DNA from: Clostridiales bacterium
GTDB lineage: Bacteria > Bacillota > Clostridia > Christensenellales > Aristaeellaceae
Direction of reading: 5' to 3'
DNA length: 32,000 nucleotides
Assembly (NCBI GenBank): GCA_004556155.1
Contig: SFIM01000016.1
Coordinates: 53,423-85,422, forward strand
Both the position numbers and the translations under genes were made by a program. This document shows positions 1 to 7,756 of this stretch, in pieces. A model generated the notes under the pieces. The model had not been told where the DNA came from and ran no database searches. It worked only from the letters and a program-made list of their open reading frames with translations. Numbering within the stretch: the stretch's first letter is position 1; each line of letters starts with the position of its first letter.

Positions 1-2
1 TG

Positions 3-197
3 TTGGCGCGGCGCAAAATGAGCGTGACTGAGCTGTCCGCACGCGTGGGCATCACCATGGCTAACCTGTCCATCCTAAAAAACGGCAAGGCAAAGGCCAT
101 CCGGTTTTCTACCCTGGAGGCCATCTGCCGTGAGCTGAACTGCCAGGTGGGCGATATTCTGATTTACGATCCGGAGGAAAAGCATGCAGACGAATGA
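3..197 (+). CDS. XRE/Cro-C1-type helix-turn-helix transcriptional regulator (short YozG-like), 5' end probably cut by the window edge
   Basis: ORF 3..197. The HTH core MSVTELSARVGITMANLSILKNGKAKAIRFSTLEAICRELNCQVGDIL is typical of ~65-70 aa YozG-type regulators. The listed start is a TTG at the window edge. The stop overlaps the start of the next gene. Confidence 0.75.
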   Translation: MARRKMSVTELSARVGITMANLSILKNGKAKAIRFSTLEAICRELNCQVGDILIYDPEEKHADE

Positions 198-1575
198 AAA
201 CAGACGTGAATCTCTGCCTGCGCCTTGGCTGGCGCTGGGCGCGGGGGTGGCCTGCGCAGCGCTGTGGGTGCTGGGCTATATGGGCGGGCTGGGCGTTGGC
301 ATGACGGCTTCCAGCCTGCTGATTCTGGGCGTGGGGATGTACCTGTGCCGCAGGCAGATCTGTTGGCGGGCGGACAGCATTCTGCTGTTGACGCTGGCGG
401 TGCTGCTTAGCCTGGCCTATGGTATCTTTGGCAGCCTGGCCATGCAGATCTTTAATCTGCCGGTGCTGTGCCTGCTCCTTTCTCAAAGCCTGCTGGCGCT
501 GGCTGGGCATTGTCCTGAGGGCGCGTTGAGTGCTGCGGGGCTGAGCGGCGGCATACGCGAAGCACTGGGCAGCCTGTTTCGCCACTGGGGCGTGCCCTTT
601 CACACGGTAAAGGAGCGGCAGGGCAGCGCGTCCGCCCTGCGCGGGCTGGGCATGGGGCTGCTGATTGCCGTTCCCCTGCTGGCGGTGGTGCTGTTCCTGC
701 TGGCCTGGGCGGACACGGTATTCAGTTCGCTTTTGAGCGGGCTGTTTGTATCGGAGGATCCGCTGAGCGCGTTTTGGAATGTGCTGTGGCGGCTGATCAA
801 GCTGCTGGCGATTGCGCTGCTGGTCTTTTCGTGCCTGTATACGCTGCTGCTGCCGCGACGCGAGCGCGCAGCCAAAGAAAGATTTCCCTGGCCTATAACG
901 GCTTGCGCGATGGTGCTGGCGCTGCTTTGCCTGGCCTACGCTGCCTTTGTGTATGTGCAGGTGCGCTATCTCTTTGGCGGCGCGGAGACGGCCGCCATGG
1001 CCGACGACTATGCACAGTATGCGCGCACGGGCTTCTTCCAGTTGGTTGCGGTGGCGGTGATCAATCTGATTGCCGCGCAAACGTCGCTGATCCGCTGCGG
1101 GGAAAGCCGCGTCGTGCGCGCGCTGTCCGCCCTGATGAGCCTGCTGACGGCGGTGATCCTGGCCTCGGCCTTCTGGCGGATGCGGCTGTATATTCAGGCG
1201 TTCGGCCTGAGCACGCTGCGCCTGCTGACGCTGTGGGGCATGGCAATGATCGCCCTGCTGCTGGCGCTGACGCTGATCAAGTGCGCCCGCCCCGGTGTGC
1301 GCATCTGTACCCTGGCCTGCGCGGTGATGCTGAGCAGCTATGTGCTGCTGAATTACATCAACGTGGATCGCACCATTGCCCGCTGGAACCTGCGCGCCTA
1401 TGAAACCGGCAAACAGGAAACGCTGGATACCGAATACCTGGCGGGGTTATCGCCCGATGTGCTGGCCGCCCCGTGGCAGGTGGAGCAGCTGGACGCGATC
1501 CGCAAGCAGCAAAGCGAGCGCCGCCCGGATTGGTTCGCCTGGAGCCTGAGCTGGCTGCGGGTGGGGGAAAAGTAA
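184..1575 (+). CDS. polytopic integral membrane protein (DUF4153/DUF4173-like), translationally coupled to the HTH regulator
   Basis: 463-aa ORF with many L/A/V-rich hydrophobic segments. GGAGGA RBS lies 5 nt upstream of ATG 184. It overlaps the HTH gene stop and is followed by a terminator hairpin. The family assignment is from memory and tentative. Confidence 0.7.
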   Translation: MQTNENRRESLPAPWLALGAGVACAALWVLGYMGGLGVGMTASSLLILGVGMYLCRRQICWRADSILLLTLAVLLSLAYGIFGSLAMQIFNLPVLCLLLSQSLLALAGHCPEGALSAAGLSGGIREALGSLFRHWGVPFHTVKERQGSASALRGLGMGLLIAVPLLAVVLFLLAWADTVFSSLLSGLFVSEDPLSAFWNVLWRLIKLLAIALLVFSCLYTLLLPRRERAAKERFPWPITACAMVLALLCLAYAAFVYVQVRYLFGGAETAAMADDYAQYARTGFFQLVAVAVINLIAAQTSLIRCGESRVVRALSALMSLLTAVILASAFWRMRLYIQAFGLSTLRLLTLWGMAMIALLLALTLIKCARPGVRICTLACAVMLSSYVLLNYINVDRTIARWNLRAYETGKQETLDTEYLAGLSPDVLAAPWQVEQLDAIRKQQSERRPDWFAWSLSWLRVGEK

Positions 1576-1576
1576 A

Positions 1577-1616
1577 AAAGAACGGCGTGGACATGATGAT
1601 CACGCCGCTTTTAAAT
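1577..1616. terminator. bidirectional rho-independent terminator between convergent genes
   Basis: Stem CGGCGTG (1583-1589) pairs with CACGCCG (1601-1607). An A-run lies upstream and CTTTTAAATT downstream. It sits between the stop at 1575 (+) and the stop at 1626 (-). Confidence 0.7.
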
Positions 1617-1625
1617 TGCAGGCTA

Positions 1626-2370
1626 TTATAGCTTTACATTCGGGTTTGTATATTGGCCATGCTTGGCTGTCCTCCGGCCATACTGGATTGCAAAGCTGGG
1701 GCAGCGGTGCAGGCAGCCCAGGCACATGACGCACTGATCCTTGAGCCAGACCGGCTTTTTATTCCGCATTTCAATGGCCTGCACCGGGCACTTTTGGACG
1801 CATAATCCGCAGCCAATGCAGCGATCCTCCACATGAAAATGGGAGGTTCGCCGTACATGGTGATTATAAAAGGGGCTGGGCGATCAGCTGCGTGATCCAT
1901 GCCGGGGTGCGCGGGGACATATGCCGGTTGGTGTGCCGCGCTTTGATGCAGCGGATGACGCTGTCTATGGCAGATTCGGTGGTTTGGGTATATTTTTCTA
2001 TCTTTTCCGGCGTGGAAAGGTCAAAGATCGGCGTCCAGGTATCGGGCATCCGGACAGCATAGTACGCATTGATTTTGCAGCCGCGTATGGCTTTGCTGGC
2101 CATGTATCCGGCTGCGCCGGGCGTTGTGCCATAGGTGGCGATAAAATACAGGTAACCCGTTTGAAAAGAGGCCTTTTCCAGAAACTTCTTGACAATGCTT
2201 GGCAGGCCCCAATCATAGGTGGGCGAGATCACGCCGATGGTTTGATCCTGGAAGGCATAACGGTTTTCCCGGATGCAGTCTACAATGGAAAGCATTTCCT
2301 GATCGGCAGCCTGCGCAAGGCGGGCTGCAACATACTTGCAATTTCCGGTTGCAGAAAAGAACAAGATCAT
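1626..2370 (-). pseudogene. EFR1-family flavodoxin-like / 2x[4Fe-4S] ferredoxin fusion, split by a 1-nt frameshift in a homopolymer
   Basis: ORF 1864..2370 is the flavodoxin-like half (MILFFSATGNCKYVA...). ORF 1626..1832 is the two-cluster ferredoxin half (CIGCGLCVQKCP...CVMCLGCLHRCP) and has no ATG or RBS of its own. The ferredoxin frame is open upstream to ...SPSPFYNHHVRRTSHFHVEDRC and overlaps the end of the first frame at a CCCCTTTT run (plus-strand AAAAGGGG, 1858-1865). Deleting one C gives a continuous ...WITQLIAQPFYNHHVRR... protein. Confidence 0.7.
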
Positions 2371-2435
2371 TTTTTACTTCCCTGAGCTTTGATGGACAAA
2401 ATGCCAGGCTGATGTGGCGTGATTGGCTCATGAAT

Positions 2436-2464
2436 ATTCTATCATATCGTCTTAGGCAGAACAA
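2436..2464 (-). promoter_or_regulatory. candidate sigma70-type promoter for the EFR1 gene
   Basis: Minus strand reads TTGTTC-17 nt-TAGAAT with an extended TGa, about 60 nt upstream of ATG 2370. Confidence 0.45.
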
Positions 2465-2482
2465 TCCCATTACAGAAATCCG

Positions 2483-2520
2483 CAAAAAACGGCCGCACAA
2501 TTCCGAAAAACTGTGCGGCC
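2483..2520 (-). terminator. rho-independent terminator of clpX
   Basis: 9-bp stem GGCCGCACA (2491-2499) pairs with TGTGCGGCC (2512-2520). On the minus strand it is followed by GTTTTTTG. Confidence 0.8.
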
Positions 2521-2570
2521 AGCGTTATGAGTGGTAGGGGTTCTACATGAAATCGATAGAATGGGCTGCG

Positions 2571-3887
2571 TTATACCGCATCAGGCGCTTCCTTTTTTTC
2601 TTCGGGCAGCGCGGCGGGCTTTTTGCTGCGCAGGGTGCGCGCGCTATGCGCGGCGCGGGTCAGCTGCGGCTTGGCGCCGGCGGTAATCACATCGCCCGTT
2701 ACATGGCAGGCGGTCACATCGTTTTGGCCAGGCAGATCGAACATGGTATCCAGCAGCGCTTTTTCGATGATCGCGCGCAGGCCGCGCGCGCCGCTCTTTT
2801 GCTGCATCGCCATGTGCGCAATGGCCGTCAGCGCGTCCTGATCGAAGGAGAGGGACACGCCGTCCAGCTCCAGGAGCTTGGCATACTGCTTAACCAACGC
2901 GTTGCGCGGCTCGGTCAGGATGCGTACCAGCGCCGATTCATCCAGCTGATCCAGCGTGACCACCACAGGCAGACGGCCCACGAACTCGGGAATCAGGCCG
3001 AACTTCATCAGATCTTCGGGGCGCAGCTGACGCAGGACATTGCCCACGTCCGCCGCGGAATCGCCCGTCAGCTTGGCACCAAAGCCCAGCGTGCGCGAAC
3101 CGATGCGCTGCTGAATGATGGGCGCAAGGCCATCGAACGCGCCGCCGCAGATGAAGAGGATGTTGGTGGTATCGATCTGCATGAACTCCTGCTGCGGGTG
3201 CTTGCGGCCGCCCTGAGGGGGCACGTTGGCAACCGTGCCCTCGAGGATCTTGAGTAGCGCCTGCTGCACGCCCTCGCCGCTGACGTCGCGGGTGATGGAC
3301 ACGTTTTCGCCCTTGCGGGAGATCTTGTCGATTTCGTCAATATAGATGATGCCGCGCTGCGCCGCGCGAATATCGCCGTCGGCTGCCTGAATCAGGCGCA
3401 GCAGGATATTTTCAACATCCTCGCCCACATAGCCGGCTTCGGTCAGCGCCGTGGCGTCGGCAATGGCAAAGGGCACGTTCAGAATGCGCGCCAGCGACTG
3501 GGCCAGATAGGTCTTGCCGCAGCCGGTGGGGCCAACCATGAGGATGTTGGATTTTTGCAGTTCCACATCCCCGGCCTTTTGGGGGGCGTTGATGCGTTTA
3601 TAGTGGTTATATACGGCCACGCACAGCGTGCGCTTGGCCTCGTCCTGCCCGATCACATACTCATCCAGCACGGCCTTCATTTCGGAGGGCAGCGGCAGGG
3701 AGGGCGAATCGGGCGCGGCGGTGCTCATGGGGGTTACGTCGTCGGCAATGATATCATAGCACAGCTTGATGCACTCATCGCAGATGTATACATCGGGGCC
3801 GGCTACCAGACGGCGTACCTGATCCTGCGTTTTGTAGCAGAAGCTGCACCGATGCAGCCTGCGCGTGGTGAATTCATCCTTGGGCAT
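2571..3887 (-). CDS. clpX: ATP-dependent Clp protease ATP-binding subunit ClpX
   Basis: N-terminal C4 zinc finger (CSFCYK...CDECI), Walker A GPTGCGKT, and a typical ClpX sequence throughout. Lies 8 nt downstream of clpP. Confidence 0.97.
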   Translation of the reverse strand: MPKDEFTTRRLHRCSFCYKTQDQVRRLVAGPDVYICDECIKLCYDIIADDVTPMSTAAPDSPSLPLPSEMKAVLDEYVIGQDEAKRTLCVAVYNHYKRINAPQKAGDVELQKSNILMVGPTGCGKTYLAQSLARILNVPFAIADATALTEAGYVGEDVENILLRLIQAADGDIRAAQRGIIYIDEIDKISRKGENVSITRDVSGEGVQQALLKILEGTVANVPPQGGRKHPQQEFMQIDTTNILFICGGAFDGLAPIIQQRIGSRTLGFGAKLTGDSAADVGNVLRQLRPEDLMKFGLIPEFVGRLPVVVTLDQLDESALVRILTEPRNALVKQYAKLLELDGVSLSFDQDALTAIAHMAMQQKSGARGLRAIIEKALLDTMFDLPGQNDVTACHVTGDVITAGAKPQLTRAAHSARTLRSKKPAALPEEKKEAPDAV

Positions 3888-3895
3888 GGCTCACC

Positions 3896-4492
3896 TCAAG
3901 CGTTCTTTTTGCGGGGATAGTAGATCTGGTCGATGATGCCGTAATTGAGCGCTTCCTCGGCGGTCATGAAATAGTCGCGCTCGCAGTCGGCGCGCAGCTT
4001 TTCCTGATCCTGGCCGGTCATTTCGCTCATCAGGCGGGTCATCTTTTCCTTGGTGCGCAGCAGCCATTTGGCGCGGATTTCCACATCGGTGGCCTGTCCG
4101 CTGGCGCCGCCCAGGGGCTGATGGATCATGACCTCGCTGTTGGGCAGCGCCAGGCGCTTGCCCTTTTCGCCCGCCATCAGCAGGAAGGCGCCCATGGAGG
4201 CGGCCATGCCCACGCACACCGTGCGCACATCGCACTTGATGTAGTTCATGGTGTCGTAAATGGCCATGCCAGCCGTGATGGAGCCGCCGGGGCTGTTGAT
4301 ATAAAGCGAGATATCGGCGTCGGGGTTATCCATCTCCAGAAACAGCAGCTGCGCCACGACGATATTGGCTACCTGATCGGTGATTTCATCCGTCAGAAAG
4401 ATGATGCGATCCTTCAGAAGGCGGGAATACAGATCATAGCCGCGTTCGCCGTTGCTGGTGCGTTCTACTACATTGGGGATGAGAATGCTCAT
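3896..4492 (-). CDS. clpP: ATP-dependent Clp protease proteolytic subunit ClpP
   Basis: [33 protein letters not shown]..., catalytic Ser in [11 protein letters not shown], His in [17 protein letters not shown]. Confidence 0.97.
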   Translation of the reverse strand: MSILIPNVVERTSNGERGYDLYSRLLKDRIIFLTDEITDQVANIVVAQLLFLEMDNPDADISLYINSPGGSITAGMAIYDTMNYIKCDVRTVCVGMAASMGAFLLMAGEKGKRLALPNSEVMIHQPLGGASGQATDVEIRAKWLLRTKEKMTRLMSEMTGQDQEKLRADCERDYFMTAEEALNYGIIDQIYYPRKKNA

Positions 4493-4539
4493 GAATTTAT
4501 AATCCTCCCGGGGAGTACCCTAACAAGCATATGACGCAA

Positions 4540-4560
4540 GCGCGGGTTTTATGCCCGCGC
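4540..4560 (-). other. GC hairpin between tig and clpP (weak terminator or processing/attenuation site)
   Basis: GCGCGGG (4540-4546) pairs with CCCGCGC (4554-4560). There is no clean T-run on the minus strand, so read-through from tig into clpP-clpX is likely. Confidence 0.4.
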
Positions 4561-4593
4561 TCGCATAAAAATTTCCGTTTTCAGCTGATGAAC

Positions 4594-5907
4594 TTACTCG
4601 GCCTTTTCTTCGGCGGCCTTTTCGGTGATGACAGCGTTGGCCTTCAGGAAGTCGATAACCTTCTTGATGCCGGCGGTTTCCTTTAGGTATTCCTTCTGCT
4701 GTTCGGACAGGGAAGCCTTGAATTCTTCTACGTCGCGATTTACGCGCTTGGCCTGATCGGCGATGGCTTCGTCCACATCTTCATCGGTGGGAACGATGTT
4801 TTCAGCCTTGGCCACGGCTTCCAGCACCAGCTGGGTCTTTACGCGGTTGGCGGCTTCGGGCTTGTAGTTTTCGCGCACCTGATCCAGGGTCTGCCCAGTG
4901 TACTTGAGGTAATCCTCAAAGCGGATGCCCTGGTACATCATGCGCATTTCCATCTCGCGCAGCATGGTGGTGATTTCATCCTGAATCATCGCGTCGGGGA
5001 TATCGCAGTCGGCAGCGTCAACCACCTTCTGCACCAGCGCGTCTTCCAGGTTGGCTTCGGCGCGGTCGGCGGCGTTCTTTTCAAGGTCGGCCACGATGTT
5101 GGCCTTGTAGGCCTCGAAGGTGTCAAACTCGGACACATCGGCGGCGAAATCGTCGTCCAGCTCGGGGCGAACCTTGGTCTGGATGCCGTTAACCTTCACA
5201 TGGAACACAGCGTCCTTGCCGGCCAGGTTGTCGGCATGATACTGCTCGGGGAACTTAACGCTCAGGTCGCGCTCCTCGCCGATGTTCATGCCCACCATCT
5301 GCTCTTCAAAGCCGGGGATGAACATGCCCGAGCCGATCGTCAGGGACTGACCCTGCGCGGTGCCGCCCTCAAAGGCGACGCCATCCACGCTGCCGGCGTA
5401 GTCCAGGTTTACGATATCGCCGTTTTCAACGGCGCGGTCGGTCACATCCTGGGTGGTGCTGGCGCGCTCCACATCGTTCTGGATGCGGGCGTCCACGGCC
5501 TCGTCGGTCACTTTTTCCACGTTCTTTTCAACGGCTACGCCCTTGTATTCGCCCAGCGTCACGTCGGGCTTTACGAATACCTCCAGGGTATACTTCAGCT
5601 CCTGGCCCGCGCCGATCTGCTGCACATCTACCTGGGGACGATCCACAACCTGAAGGTTTTCAGCCTTGATGGCCTCTTCGTAGGCGGGCTGGGCGACAAG
5701 CTCGAAGGCGTCGTCATAGAACACCCCTTCGCCGTACATATTCTCAATCAGCTTGCGGGGGGCCTTGCCCTTGCGGAAGCCGGGAACGTTGATCTTGCTG
5801 CGATCCTTCAGATAGGCCTTTTCGACGGCCGCGTCAAAGGACTCAGCGCTCTCCACAAACGAGAGCTTCACTTTATTGCTCGCGATTTTTTCGACGGTAT
5901 AAGACAT
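4594..5907 (-). CDS. tig: trigger factor (ribosome-associated PPIase chaperone)
   Basis: The MSYTVEKIASNKVKLSF... start was chosen at ATG 5907, which follows a GGAGGG RBS. The ORF-track start at 5970 has no RBS. The product has full-length trigger-factor architecture and sits directly upstream of clpP-clpX. Confidence 0.95.
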   Translation of the reverse strand: MSYTVEKIASNKVKLSFVESAESFDAAVEKAYLKDRSKINVPGFRKGKAPRKLIENMYGEGVFYDDAFELVAQPAYEEAIKAENLQVVDRPQVDVQQIGAGQELKYTLEVFVKPDVTLGEYKGVAVEKNVEKVTDEAVDARIQNDVERASTTQDVTDRAVENGDIVNLDYAGSVDGVAFEGGTAQGQSLTIGSGMFIPGFEEQMVGMNIGEERDLSVKFPEQYHADNLAGKDAVFHVKVNGIQTKVRPELDDDFAADVSEFDTFEAYKANIVADLEKNAADRAEANLEDALVQKVVDAADCDIPDAMIQDEITTMLREMEMRMMYQGIRFEDYLKYTGQTLDQVRENYKPEAANRVKTQLVLEAVAKAENIVPTDEDVDEAIADQAKRVNRDVEEFKASLSEQQKEYLKETAGIKKVIDFLKANAVITEKAAEEKAE

Positions 5908-5978
5908 GTAGAACCCTCCTGCGCAAATTTGCGGATCAATCCGTGCGCGGCGCAATAAGCATTCGCACACAGTGTATC

Positions 5979-6007
5979 ATTATAACACCCATAGCGCAGA
6001 TTTGCAA
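5979..6007 (-). promoter_or_regulatory. candidate sigma70 promoter of tig
   Basis: Minus strand reads TTGCAA (6002-6007)-17 nt-TATAAT (5979-5984) with an extended TGt. Confidence 0.6.
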
Positions 6008-6074
6008 GCGTTTTGCCCGGAAAACGCGCTGCTTTCGCCCGGCCTGCCTGCGAAAGCGCGAAGGATGTTTTTTC

Positions 6075-6104
6075 TTGACAGATTCCGCCGCCCTGCGGTA
6101 TTCT
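6075..6104 (+). promoter_or_regulatory. candidate sigma70 promoter of udk
   Basis: TTGACA (6075-6080)-18 nt-TATTCT (6099-6104), about 30 nt upstream of the udk start. Confidence 0.5.
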
Positions 6105-6133
6105 ATAGGTAGAAATCGGAGGTGACAAGCCCC

Positions 6134-6748
6134 ATGGTGTTCATCGGCATTTGCGGCGCGAGCGGCTCGGGCAAAACCACCCTGGCAAAGGAGCTTTGCC
6201 GGGCGATTGGCGCCAGCAGCGCGCTGCTGAATCAGGACGCATATTATCTGGATCATCCCGAATTAACGTTTGAAGAACGCACCAAGCTCAATTACGATGA
6301 GCCGTTTATCTTTGATCACGACTTGCTGTATCAGGATGCGCGCATGCTCATGGCCGGGCAAAGCGTTACCCGCAAGGCATATGATTTTACCCAGCACCGC
6401 CGCACCGAAAGCAGCGAGATCATCAAGCCTGCCGACGTGCTGATTGTGGAGGGAATTCACGCCTTCTTTGACGAGCGGCTGACCAAGATGATGTTCCTCA
6501 AGCTCTATATCAATGTAGAGCCGGATATCTGCCTGCTGCGCCGCATCAAGCGCGATATCCGCGACCGCGGCCGCCAGATTGAAAACATCGGTGAGCAGTA
6601 CCTGACCACCGTAAAGCCCATGTATGAAAAGTACATCCGCAACTATGTAAACGACGCGGACGTGATCGTCACCCGCGGCGGCAAAAATGCCCGCATTGTG
6701 GAGATATTGGCGGGCTATCTGCGGGATGAGTTGAATAAAAAGGCATAA
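6134..6748 (+). CDS. udk: uridine kinase
   Basis: MVFIGICGASGSGKTTLAKEL P-loop and typical Udk sequence. ATG 6134 was chosen for its spacing from the GGAGG at 6118-6122. The alternative GTG at 6122 overlaps that RBS. Confidence 0.92.
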   Translation: MVFIGICGASGSGKTTLAKELCRAIGASSALLNQDAYYLDHPELTFEERTKLNYDEPFIFDHDLLYQDARMLMAGQSVTRKAYDFTQHRRTESSEIIKPADVLIVEGIHAFFDERLTKMMFLKLYINVEPDICLLRRIKRDIRDRGRQIENIGEQYLTTVKPMYEKYIRNYVNDADVIVTRGGKNARIVEILAGYLRDELNKKA

Positions 6749-6763
6749 GCCGTTGCAATATGC

Positions 6764-6810
6764 AAACCGCCGGACAGGGGCATGAGGGCTCCTATCCGGC
6801 GGTTTGTTTT
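6764..6810. terminator. rho-independent terminator between convergent udk and the TIM-barrel gene
   Basis: 11-bp stem AAACCGCCGGA (6764-6774) pairs with TCCGGCGGTTT (6795-6805), followed by GTTTTGT. Confidence 0.85.
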
Positions 6811-6817
6811 GTCTGGT

Positions 6818-7741
6818 TTAATATTTCGCAAGCGCGTCCGCGTCGGTAAACAGCTCGTCCGACAGCAGATATTCGCCCAGCGTGTAGGAGAAGCGGATCA
6901 GATCGCCCTGAATGCGCATGGGGAAGGGCGAAGTGAGATTCTGCGTTTCAAAGGAGAAATCGTGCGCGTAGTGGATTTCGCGCAGCGCGGCCACCAGCGC
7001 GGGCCAGTCGATGGTGCCCATGAAGGGGGCGATATGCTCGTCGCGGTCGCCGGCATGGTTATCGTTGATATGCGTGGCGCGCAGGCGGCTGCCAAGGCGG
7101 CGCACGCAATCGGCAGGACTGTAGCCGCTGGTGTGAGCGTGGCCCGTATCCAGGCACGCGCCTACATCCGGGGCGTTGATCGCATCGATCAGCTCAATCA
7201 GGTTATCGATGTTGGAAAACGGCGAGGGACCCTTGCCCAGTGTGTTCATGTTTTCAATGGCCATGCCCACATGATGTGCGTGGAAGAATTCATGCCAGCG
7301 GCGGAAGTAGGCAAGGTTGGCGCGCTTGCTCTCATCCAGCAGCAGCCGGTCGCCGTCCATCACCGTGAAGGGATGCACCACCAGGTATTCCACGCCCAAT
7401 ATTTCGGCCGCTAGCACGCTGCGGCGCATCATTTCCTCGCCGAAATCGCCGCCGGGCACTTCGCCGGGGGCAACCGGCCCGCCGATGCTGAAAAACGCAT
7501 GACCCTGCAGAAAGCGCACGCCGATATCATCGGCCAGCTTGCGCCAGGCATGCGCCTGCTCCTCCCAGTTGTCCTCGGTCATGGGGGCAAAGCGCTTGCC
7601 CGCGCGGCTCATGCCGCACAGGTTTACGTCCAGATAGCGATAGCCCGCCGCCGCGCACGTGCTGACCGCGTGCTCAAAGGATACCATGTAGGGCTTGCCG
7701 TGATCAAAATTCATGATGTTGGTAGAAGTGGAAAGCCGCAT
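6818..7741 (-). CDS. sugar phosphate isomerase/epimerase family protein (xylose-isomerase-like TIM barrel, AP_endonuc_2 fold)
   Basis: 307 aa with the family's metal-ligand pattern (...VVHPF..., AIENM, CLDTGHAH, THINDN...DEH, FETQ). GGAGGGG RBS. Lies 15 nt downstream of the FAD oxidoreductase. Confidence 0.88.
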   Translation of the reverse strand: MRLSTSTNIMNFDHGKPYMVSFEHAVSTCAAAGYRYLDVNLCGMSRAGKRFAPMTEDNWEEQAHAWRKLADDIGVRFLQGHAFFSIGGPVAPGEVPGGDFGEEMMRRSVLAAEILGVEYLVVHPFTVMDGDRLLLDESKRANLAYFRRWHEFFHAHHVGMAIENMNTLGKGPSPFSNIDNLIELIDAINAPDVGACLDTGHAHTSGYSPADCVRRLGSRLRATHINDNHAGDRDEHIAPFMGTIDWPALVAALREIHYAHDFSFETQNLTSPFPMRIQGDLIRFSYTLGEYLLSDELFTDADALAKY

Positions 7742-7756
7742 ATTTAACCCCTCCTT

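Noticed and set aside
109-1080. 323-aa minus-strand ORF, extremely Q/R/H/A-rich
   Set aside because: It is antisense to the membrane-protein gene, whose hydrophobic periodicity and coupling to the HTH gene are convincing. Its low-complexity composition is not protein-like.
2547-3257. 236-aa plus-strand ORF, and similar ORFs opposite clpX, clpP and tig (3555..3920, 4121..4534, 5200..5958)
   Set aside because: All are antisense to highly conserved housekeeping genes. They are artefacts of GC-rich codon usage.
4493-4593. Search for a CtsR operator (GGTCAAA direct repeat) or a separate promoter upstream of clpP
   Set aside because: No GGTCAAA-type repeat or clear -35/-10 pair was found on the minus strand. 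Only a GC hairpin without a T-run is present, so clpP-clpX are probably read through from tig.
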